From: the human T2T-CHM13v2.0 reference genome, Homo sapiens
Length of the DNA: 64,000 bases
Strand: one strand, 5' to 3'
Assembly (NCBI RefSeq): GCF_009914755.1
Contig: NC_060935.1
This document shows positions 52,680 through 64,000 of this stretch, one piece after another. The notes below the pieces were generated by a model, which did not search any database, had not been told where the DNA came from, and saw only the letters and a program-made list of their open reading frames with translations. Made by a program: the position numbers and the translations under genes. Positions within the stretch are counted from its first letter, which is position 1. Each line of letters opens with the position of its first letter.

Positions 52680-52855
52680 TCTCAGCTCTACCCTTAATAT
52701 GTGGCTCATAGCGAGTAATTTAATTATTCTCAGCCTCAGTTTTCTCACCTGTAAAATGGAAAAAGTAATACCTTCTTCACAATGTGTATAAGGATTAAAT
52801 GAGAAAATGTGGGTAAAAGGCGTAAGACATCCTCTAGTATATAAACACTTGATAA
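52680..52855 (+). mobile_element. MIR
   Basis: ctcagcctcagttttctcacctgtaaaatgg...aggattaaatgaga. Confidence 0.75.
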
Positions 52856-54846
52856 AAAAAGTTTTCTAAAAACAAAACAGCCAGGGAAATTGGTTTCAAT
52901 CTAGACAATCTAGGCATTGAATAGAATATCCAAAAATATTTATATGCAGTATGTTTCTCTAGAGTTAAATTTTTAACTTTTTCCTCTTATATAGTTAATA
53001 ACTCTGACCATGATTTTTAACTTACCAAGCACATGATATCACTAACTAGGTAATGACATTACTGAGAGATAACTGACTATATTTACACCAAATATGCAGT
53101 TAAGGAAGCAAATGAAAAAGTGTGAATGACAAATTAGAAAAGTCTTTGACAGCGCGGGTAAGGTGACAGAGCTCTGTAACTACCAGTCTGTTGTCAAATA
53201 AACAGACTGAATACTCCAAAGTAATGAAAAATATTTATTTAATTACATATGGTCAACAATTTAGGTACTCTGCAGTACAATCTCCCAATAAAATTGAGAT
53301 GGGCCAGACCTGAAACACTTCCACACAGGCTTTTAGGCCAGCCACAATCTCTGTGTTGCACTCGGATGGTTAACTGTGCAAGTAACATCATTTGGACTTC
53401 CTGGCTCCCTAGGCAGAGGAACCTCAACCCTTATCGGTGGAAAACCTGCACTTTTAAGTGCCTATGAAAATAATGGGCTGTTGATACACATTCTTCAAGG
53501 AAGACAGCAAGCATATTTCTGGTTTTGAGTAATCTTTATGCCTCCCTTCCTATCTATCCTCCCTCTTCTTCGTTCCTTTCCTTCCTTTCTCTTCTCTTCC
53601 CCTCCCTCCCTCCCTCTTTACTCCCATAGACACATATACATCCTAATCAGAATTTATTTTAACACCTGGTCTCCCAAACTATCATCAAACATTAGTCTTT
53701 CCTACTAGTATGAAAAATTAGCATTCTGAAAAATTTCTGAAGGGCTTCCTAATGTCTAATACTATTCATCTCTGAGTCCTCATTCCAGGGATTTCTGGGC
53801 TGCCTGGGATGGCCCCAGGCTCTCACTAAAAGCCATGCCCAGTTTAGATGCTGCTATGAAGTGTCTTCATGTGTTTTCGAGGGATTTTAGGGTCCTGGAA
53901 GAAACCCTGCCAGTTAAAGGGATACTAGTGAGATTCTTCCCCTTAAGCTAAAGAAGGACTTTAGCTGGGACCTGAGATGGGTGAAGTATCATGTTACTCC
54001 GAAGAGAACAAATTAATCTTCCCTGACTGGTGGGACAGATTCTGCCAAAGGAACAGCTAATGGGAAAACCAGTCTCTACTCTGTGATGACACAGTAAATA
54101 ACCAGGCAACATTACTACTGAAGTGCTGACCTAACCCATAAATTGTACCCAGACTCTGGGGAGCAATTTCTGCTGATGTGCTGCTTGTGCATTTAAAACA
54201 AACAAACAAAAAGGGAAAAGAAGCGAACAGGCATTGATATTGGTGCGGGTAAACATTCTGAGAGGAAGGCTGGTCTTTCCACCCAGACTTCTGAAAGACG
54301 TTAGTGATGGTTAGTGCATAGGCACAGGCTGGGCCTTCCCCAAACAATTATTAAGTTTATGCTAAAACTGCTGCAAACTATCATTTAATCCCCAAAATGG
54401 TTTGATTGTACCTGGGAATCACTTGATTTGGATATGCTAAATATTCTGATTTGATCATTCCACAATGTATACATGTATCAAAATCACTTTATGCCCCACA
54501 AATATATACAATTATTACTTGTCAATGAAAGATAAAATAATATTTAAAAGTCCTCCTTTCTAAGTTTTCCCTTTTTAAATACAAATGCAGTGAGATGGAT
54601 GAAACACAGAATTCTGCTGTTCATTGAAATGTAGAGGATCCTTTTATTTTAAAACTTTGATGGTAACTTGAAGTACTTGGATTGCTAAGTATTCGGTAAT
54701 GTAAGATCTAACTGCTTCTTAAAGTCTTCTACTATAATGCACAACATAACTTACATACATACGTAGTTGAAGAGTGACATTTCCTTTGCTTTGCCTAAGA
54801 AATCTAGTGATGACTCCTATGAAAAACTATAAAGATCCTATATCTA

Positions 54847-55017
<171 letters not shown>

Positions 55018-58000
55018 CTAGAGGAACAAATAATCAGAGGCTTATTCTAGTTTCCAAAACAGCCACCATTTCCTTCCAGTTTCTATCTTGCTTAATGGCC
55101 AAAAGGTGAATTCAAAAATATCATTTCTGACCAATGTGGACTCTGAAAATCTTTCAGGAAGATTCCGTTGAAAGCTGTTTGTGACATGGACAGCACTGAC
55201 AGCATCTAGACCATAGTACCTGTAGGGAAAGGAAAGCTGTGACAGGGAACCTGCCAGAGCTTCTATGCATATCTTCTCTCTGTCGGATTTGCTCCAGTAA
55301 TCTAAAAACAACGCAATAGAGAGGGTTGAGCCAACAATGCAAAAACCTGAAAGAGCAGTTCTTATTAAAATACACGGCTCAATTTAATGGGAGAGGAATT
55401 TTCTCATTTAGAGATCATAGTTTGCATTGGTATTCCTGGGGAAATACAAATCAGAATTTTATGCACGAGGATTTCAAAAACAAATATTTCAAACCAGGCC
55501 AACCAGAAGATGATTGATACTACTATTTTGTCTCAGAATTTCAACTGTGATTTTCTGGGAACTGAAAAGGAGGACATCACTCCTAGCCAGCCATGGAGCC
55601 AGGAAAGTTAAATACCCCTGCTGCTTTAGGAGGGAAACCCAGAGATGTTTTACTTGTTCACCAGTTCTTCTAGGAGTAGGAGTCTGAAGCACCACAGTGA
55701 ACACTCCCTCTGCAGCTCTCTGGATCAGTAGCAGAGGGGCTCATTGACCATCATTAATATGGTGTTCTTGTCTGCAGAAAAACAGCTCATGTCCCCCTCT
55801 CGTCTCCTCACTACTCTCCTGACTCAAACTTGGCTTTGTGTTGTGCTTATGAATGAATGAAACCTTGTTGTTCATTACTATGAAACAATATTAAATGTCA
55901 TGTCAGCTTGAATTTACAGACATGAAATAGCAGCTTCCAGCTCCGGGAATGGTTTCTGCATGTTATACTTAATGCATTATGCAGCAGTAGAGTGCTGATT
56001 GCTGTTCAGTCTATTGTTCAATGACCTAGTTCTGTACTGAGCATGTTCGGCATTAGATGGAAACACTCTGAGTGTTCTCTTCTGTAAGATGTTTAGAAAC
56101 TTGGAAATATTCTTAAAGAGCAAACATACAATTACTTGATAGAGTCTCTGCCTCATTTGTACAGCCTGACTACATTTGTGCTTTCTAATATGATTATTTT
56201 TGAATATCATTATATTTCTATAATTAATTCCCATCAGTCAAATTGTGCAGGAAGTCTTCCAGTTCCCCTTCGTCATGGAATATGTTGAAATCTGTGTTGG
56301 AAGAAAACACAGCATAAACCTTGCTTTAATCTACACCATTTCTATGAAAGATTTGCAACAAAAATTACAATCACGAGTTTCCCTAACTGGGTAATACTCA
56401 CTAGTTTAAATAGCAGTATGTAGGGAAACCTCTGAAATATGACTCTCATAAAAAACAGAATGAAAATAAAAACCAAGTTAAGTATGGTTCCCTAATATCT
56501 TCCTATGTGAAAATACTGGTGCACAAGAACAAATTAACCCAGATGCAGGACACAACAAAAAGCAACTATAAGCCTTGTGGGAGCTTCAGACGCAGTCAGG
56601 GAAAGGACAGCTGCTTTTAATCAGCCAATTTCTATTTTTGAGTAGCACTTTGGTTGTCATGATGTAAAGAAAAAGAATTAAAGTGGAGATGAGTAGTACC
56701 AGGGAAAGCAAAATATTCAACCTTTGTTTTATCACATTGTTTCGCATTTCAAATATTTGCATGTGAATGCTTTCCCTATGTTAAATGCAAAAGGAGTTTT
56801 GATGTGACACCTGCAATCTTCTTGGAAGAACAACCTTTAACTGTATTTTCATAGGAGGAAAAACAACTTTCTCTGAAAATCAACAGACCGTGCTATCTAT
56901 CAATATGCATATTTCAAGTATCTTTCTAGTCACTCATTCTCTTTGATTTTACTGGAAAATATTCTCAGTAAAATAAAATAAAATAAAATAAAGTTCCTGA
57001 AAGAATATCAATATTTTGACAAGGAAGGAGAAGAGGGAAAATTACATGCCATGGTTTGTAAAATCCTAAGACAACAAAGCTTACATGATGATAATATCTT
57101 TTCTTTTATAAAAAATGAAGTGCACTCACAATTCAGTAGTATCAGCTTGTTTTTAATCATAACAAAAAACATTCAGAACATTCAACAACACATTCACAGT
57201 GTCTTTGAAGTCATACATTTTTCTAACTTCATTGAAAAAAAAATCTTCTGCAGAGATACTTTCCCTTTAAAATATCAATATTTTGACAGAGTAGAAGTCA
57301 AGGAAGAATATCCCATGAAACACTTGTTAAATAGGAAGAAAATAAATCAATGATAGAAATTGTTTTGGGCAGTGGGTTGCATTTTAGATTTGGTAATATT
57401 AAGCACTTGTGTTTGAGATTAAAGAAGGACCCTGCAAAGCCATGCCATTTCATATAAATTTCCACCTAGTCTCCCAGAAGATTTCGTTCTTTTCTTCAAA
57501 GAATAGCTCAGAATATTTATTTGCCAGCCACATAACCATAAGATAAGAGGGCCTGATGTCTACAAGTTACGTCTGGGCAGCTGAGCTAAGCAAAGATTTT
57601 ACCAGTGAGGTTGAACATGAGCCTAGTAAATACAGGATGTGGACATGGGCACAGAGAGAAGTATAAAGATACTTTGGTTCCAACAAGCTTAAACTTCTGT
57701 CATTAAGCATCCATGAGCATGCCCCTATATGGAACAAATATAGACTGTGGGTGGCAAGTTCTTAAGTCCAAATTTCCACACACTTGAACTAGCTCTCACC
57801 ATATACATACCTCCCAAGTAAGATATGTTGGAGATATAAGCAAAATACCTCAATGCTAATTTAATCCCACCCCTTCCAGGAAAACTGCCCCATCTTCATG
57901 TTGACAGTGGATTTTACATGCAGCAATGTGATCAGACACTTACTTATGCATTGTCAGTCACAAACATGCAGGCAACATAAAAGTTATTGAAAAAAATTAA

Positions 58001-60319
58001 AGTCAGCTCTGCTGTGTTGTAGGACTGTTGGCTCTCTAAGTGCTTTGAAATTATGATGTATGAGGTAGATGTTGCATATTAAATAAAGATATTTAAATGA
58101 TAAAGCCCCCTTTAGTGAGAGCTGATGAATGTTAAATGTTACAAGCCACAAGACGGTAGCATCCATCATCTTCACGTATTATCAGAGTCAATGACGGGGC
58201 AGCCTCACTGATGACAGATAGACTGCTGTATTATTATCCCTAATTTCCAGAGTCACTGAACAAACCATTCAACTCTTCGGGCATTATTTTTAACTTTGCA
58301 TTAAATTAGCAACTTTTCCCTCCCTACCATGGCAAGATTGATCAATTTTGTCTTTGCATGGGTGGAGAGAGAGAATGAATTTGGGGTAACTAAAAGAACA
58401 GAGGTTTGTTTTCATCTAGGAAAAAAATCAACTTCCTCTTACTGGCATCAAATGTAAAATTGTGATCTGGGGAAAGAACAGCAATGAAACAGTAAGCACA
58501 CAATAATGGCTTTTCTTTGCACTTAGATAAAAGCTGAATTTTTGATGTGCACAGTATATTTTAATAAAATTTTATATACTATGTTTTATACACTTATTGG
58601 CTATTCCATAATAATGTGTGTGCTAACAGTAAAATTGCTCTTAAATTTATGTGTGTTATTTATACGTTCCCACGTAACAATGCTTTTTGTTGTAAAAAAT
58701 ATTCTGTTTATTAATGTAACTTTACAACCACTGCATCCAAGATCCGTGGTAAATTAATGACATTTTTATTATTTTATAGTGTCATTAAATTTTTACTGAT
58801 CACTCCATCAAACAGAGGCAGTAAAGACCATAATGTAAACTGGGACACTTAGATCAGGCAGCAGGAAGACATTCCATATAGTCTGAAGAAAACGGCTAGC
58901 AATAAATGATATTTATACCATCTTTAAGCATGTGAGAATACTTGGATAAGTTTGGCAAAACTGTTTCAGTAGTAGAGTGGATTGTGTACTTAAATAACAG
59001 TTTGCTTGCCAGAGAGACAAGCCTTTTTCAAACCATATGCGAAGTGACTGATTGCAGCCATCTCCTGAAAAACAACACGTGAAATGTAATAATGCACTGG
59101 GTCCCTCCCTTCTGCATTACCAAGACTGACCAGTGTGTACCAGGCCTCAAATTATTTCAACATGGTCCCCTTTGCCACAAACTGAAGTGGAAAATGGCAC
59201 ACGCTGAGAGGTTTTTTGTTTGCTGCTTTACAAACAAATATATTTCATTTAAGTACACGTCTGGTCAATGATGTGGTATATTTCATTCCAATGGTCTGAA
59301 TGAGAGGTACTTTACTAACCTTTATTCAAAAGCTCATTTCTAAGGAGTGTCTGAATATGGGGGATCATTCACGGCAGCCATGGAACATACAACTAAGGGG
59401 CCATTATCTATAGCATAGCTAATACAGGTAAAAAATGATTATCTCATGTTATTTTTATGTGTAAAATGCATTATAATTATGATACTCTCTACATTGACTC
59501 TCTTAAATAAACCTAAATCTGTGTTATGAACTAATTGCCAAATACTCTATTTATGTATATATAAGACAGTAAATAATTTCTATGCTCATATAATTATGGA
59601 TTTAGAAACACCTAATTTCTACATGGGGATTCTGGTATGATTCTTTCTTAGGTAAATAAGGATTTTGTTGTTGCATCCTAAAATACATATTTAAATATTA
59701 AAGACTTAAAAATCTTTCAAATGTGTAATGATAAGGAATTTTGCAGGGAAGGTTAATACTACAGCCCCACTAATCGTGTTTTGTGTGTATTCCTGACGCA
59801 GAATTTTCTAAGAAAAATAACAAATATATGTATTATAAATAAAAGTTCTCTAAGGCCATGACAATATTCTGAGATGATATCTTATCCTCAGAGTTTCAGC
59901 TATGTCTAGGTTATTGAGTGGAAGCTAAATAAGTCTTGTCGTTTTCATCCTAGCTCTTAGCTTCAATTTTTATGAAAGTTTGATTTCCATTTGTGTATTT
60001 TGATGTATTTCCAACCCAGGAAAACTCTTTCCTAAACTGAAAGTAAAGACTCCCCTGCAAAAGCAGCTTTCTCTTTACCCAGCTTCCCCTCCTTTCCTGT
60101 GTTCACATTGGTGCTGAGGGGTCAGTGTGATTTGTCTCACTGCTTTTCTTGCCCTTCTCTGTCCAGGCGATGATCCAGGCTTGCTGATTTTTCTTCCACA
60201 TAGCCTCTTGCCCTCAACCCTCTCTCAATGCCCTCCTGCCATCACTAACTACCCCAGCACATGTCTTCATGCCCACACACCTATCTCACTGCTGCAGCCT
60301 CCTTTCTGATCTGCCTGAT

Positions 60320-60865
60320 CCTTGGCACTGTCCTCCCCAGTCCTTCTACTCACACTCTTCACAGAGTTCTACTTCATGTCTCTGATTCAAAACCTTCCGT
60401 GGCTTCCCATGTCTACTGCATTTCCTCCAAGCTCCTCTACATGGTTTTCAAGATCTTTCATACACTGCTCCCCACACACCTTTTTAAACTCAATTTTCTA
60501 CAGTTCTCCTGTCACATATCCTCTGGTTGAGGTTGGCAGTGACTTGCCTTTCAATAATAATACCACGATCATCCTTCCTTCTCGTTTCTCCTTCGCCAAA
60601 TCCTATTCATATGGAAAAACCCAAGTTTTCCATGAACTCTATAAACTCTCTGATCTACCTACTCTCTGCTATACAAAAAGTCTTAGTTTTGCCTACGTAA
60701 TTAGCCCCTAGTTACATACTATGTTAAAGAATCGGACTTTTGGTTCATGTGCACCACCAAGTCTCCCTCGACAACATCAAAAGATTTTTCAAGCCAGAGA
60801 TTGTATCTTAGACCTTTTCTATATATCTCACAGAACACTTAGTATTAGTGTTCATAAATACTTGC
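60320..60865 (+). mobile_element. L2 3' fragment
   Basis: caaaaccttccgtggcttccc...gtgttcataaatacttg. Confidence 0.5.
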
Positions 60866-61964
60866 AGGTTTATATAAGGCCACATAACTAATCTAGCCAC
60901 ATAAATCAAAAACATGCTGCACAAGTATCTAAAAGGGCAATAATAATCAAAACAAGGAAATTCAGAAAAACACCTTAAATATTTTATAAAAGAGGTAAAT
61001 AAGCAATTTTAGAAGAGCACAATAGAAAAATGCAATTTGATTATATAATTTAATGTGAAAAAGATATTTTGAGTTTAACTTGGAATTTCTGCAGATTAAT
61101 ACAATCCATCTTTGTGAAGTCTTCGCAAAACTCTGGCAAAAGAAGATACTACATATCATAGATGCTTGGCTTAAAAAGAAGTACACATTTCAAAATAAAA
61201 GGTTTGTTTTGTTTTGAAAGCAAGACAATGCTAAGTACAATGCTAAGAGATATTCTGTCTCTTACTCTGAATGACTTTCTTTAATTCCTTGTTCTAGACG
61301 TATCTTGCCATGCTGTGATTCTCCAGAAACATCACTTAACCAGACATGTGGTTTCCTTTTTATTGACTTAACAAACACTGTCACTTTGTTATACTTTATT
61401 TTAGATCCTTTATTATGCATTTAGTAATTTAATGAATGATCAAAAATGTAGGCTTTACACTGGAAAGCAACCACATGTACTTTTAAAGGTGATTATATTT
61501 TGAGGGAATTATTTTAGAGGTATAGGACTTACTTTCCTAGTGACATTGTGATGTTTCTAGAGTAAGTAATCATGATAATATAGACTTTGGCTGGAGGAAA
61601 TGAGGTTCATTATTGAACCTCATTTTTAAATAATATTTTTTCAGCTAAAGCTATTAATTTGTCTAGTTTCTCATACATTTTTAACACCAAAATTGTGCTA
61701 GCACTTAAGAATTAGTTACGGACTAACTGCTGTTTTCCAACTGTGTTTGCCATCACAGCATAAATATATCTACTGGTGTAGAAGCAGGGAAGAATGCCAC
61801 CCACTGATCATCCACAATGTGCAAAGCCCTTTCCAATGAGTACTTCCTTTAATCTCATACCAATACTACAGAGAAAATACTATTGTTATCAACCAGAAGA
61901 AGGTGAGGTTCAAAAAGAATTTTTATATGGGTTAAGTCATTTAATCAAAATTTAGATATGTATT

Positions 61965-62115
61965 TGTACTGGGGTGAATTTTGAATAATAACTCTAGATT
62001 ACCATGTGATCTCTCTGAGCCTGTTCCCCCCTTTGTAAAATGGAATAGACAATGCTCATGCCACAAGGGCTTAATGATTAAATGAGAGATTATACATGTG
62101 AGTGCTTTGCAAAAA
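61965..62115 (+). mobile_element. MIR
   Basis: ctctctgagcctgttccccctttgtaaaatggaat...gattaaatgaga. Confidence 0.65.
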
Positions 62116-62196
62116 ATACAGCAACTCATAACATATCCACTTCTGTTAAAGATATTACTTAATGTTGCTAAGTATCTCAAAGCTAAACTACGATGA

Positions 62197-62680
<484 letters not shown>

Positions 62681-62779
62681 ATCAATGCTTTCCATTTTAT
62701 CTTGGCTGCTAAGTAACTCAGAAGTAACTTTAAATCTCAACCTTAGTAACCATGTAGGAGCTGGATAATTATTCACTAC

Positions 62780-63330
62780 TTTTAAGCACTCAAGTCTTCC
62801 TTCACCTGTATGATAAGAACCAAACTTCTCTGTAAATTATGCATGTCTTTTTATGATCTGGCTCCTGCTCCCTCATCAGCTTCATATCCTATTCACTCTA
62901 GTTTATACTCCCTGTTACAATAAAATGGAATTTCTTGTAGCTCCCTGAACTAGCTATGATATTCCAAAATCCTATGTATTTCCGAATGCCACTTTTTCTT
63001 TCTAATTATGATGTCTTCCCTTCCAGATGACATCATAATTAGTCCTTTCTAAGCCTAATTAAAACATCTGCTCTGGACAAAATCCTTTGTTGACTTCCTT
63101 CCACCAGCCCTGGGAAGAATCTATCATCCCCTTTCCTCTAACACCCCTAACCCCTTTCCTCTAACACCAAATGTGGTGTTCCATCACCACATTTATAGAA
63201 AAATATATATTACAATTATTGGTTTCTATGTCTGTTTCCAGTTCTCCTCAACTTGCTCCTCAAGGTACAGTATCCATGTCTTATTATCTCTATAACATAA
63301 GTGCCTCTCATGATGTTGCACATACTAGGC
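62780..63330 (+). mobile_element. L2 3' fragment
   Basis: tgatctggctcctgctccctc...ttattggtttctatgtctgtttcc...gctcctcaaggtacag. Confidence 0.55.
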
Positions 63331-63914
63331 TCTCTGGTTGTTAATCTTGGTAATCTTGGTAAAATTGCTTCTCTTTCTTCTTCCATTTTAATTTTACTTT
63401 TAAATAAAATGCAATTATTTTCAGATCCTATTTAAAGCAGTGAAATATAAATAATTAAAAGACAGATAAATACAAAGGAAGGTGTGTAAGTCAATTAAAC
63501 AGTAGAGTGATCTCCTGGTCAGGGTTGGCCCAGAGCTGTGATACAGAAAATCTGCCTTATTATTATCACTAGAAAGGGCTCTCCAAGAAGAATTTTCCCT
63601 AAAATCTGAACCATCTCCACAAAAAATATCCTTACACATCTCTTACATTGCTTAGCAATTCACCATTAGCAATTCATTCTTTGAATTAATTAAAAAGGCC
63701 AATCTCTTATGAAAGGGTAATAGAATAAACTGTTACAACAGAATTATATTAATTTCAATTTAATTCCTCCTGAGAAACAAGAACATTCCTAGGGAAGATA
63801 ATCCTGGTAAAGCCATGCAAACAAAGACATTGGTCAAGGGAGATCCTTAGGCACTGTAATCCCAGTGAAATAACTTCACGAGATTTGGAAATATCCAAGC
63901 TGAGTAAATATGGT

Positions 63915-64000
63915 TGTTATGGGCTGAATTGTGTTTCCCCATAATTCATAGGTACCCCTAGTACCTCAGAATGTGACTGTATTTGGAGACGGGGCCTTTA
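63915..64000 (+). mobile_element. MaLR LTR start (MLT1A/B-like), truncated by window end
   Basis: tgttatgggctgaattgtgt...ccctagtacctcagaatgtgactgtatttggaga. Confidence 0.8.

Overview
Human genomic DNA (the window contains Alu elements and a human-specific L1HS-Ta insertion) covering the 3' end of SOX6 (SoxD HMG-box transcription factor) on the minus strand. Four coding exons reconstruct in frame with GT-AG junctions: 55017-54909, 29197-28964, 26387-26171 and 13077-12774. The HMG box is split across the middle two. They are followed by a ~6.36 kb 3'UTR ending near 6415. The rest of the gene lies beyond 64000, and 1-6400 is downstream intergenic sequence. Introns are filled with Alu, L1, L2, MIR and Tigger/MER2 copies plus repeat-free, motif-rich blocks; MaLR LTRs sit near both window ends. 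Nearly all other ORFs in the track look spurious. The most notable observations are: (i) a dense miR-499/208 seed-site array in the proximal 3'UTR, including one site pairing to miR-499 nt 2-15 that directly abuts a miR-219 site; (ii) a young L1HS-Ta fragment, sense to SOX6, in the last intron with a probable 7-bp TSD and a short 3'-transduction-like tag; (iii) a 45-bp inverted duplication inside an old L2 that forms a fully paired hairpin on the SOX6 pre-mRNA; (iv) a candidate proximal poly(A) site that would separate the miRNA inputs, and a canonical RNA G-quadruplex in the distal UTR. I see no new gene system; the novelty candidates are regulatory. miRNA and repeat consensus sequences are recalled, not searched.
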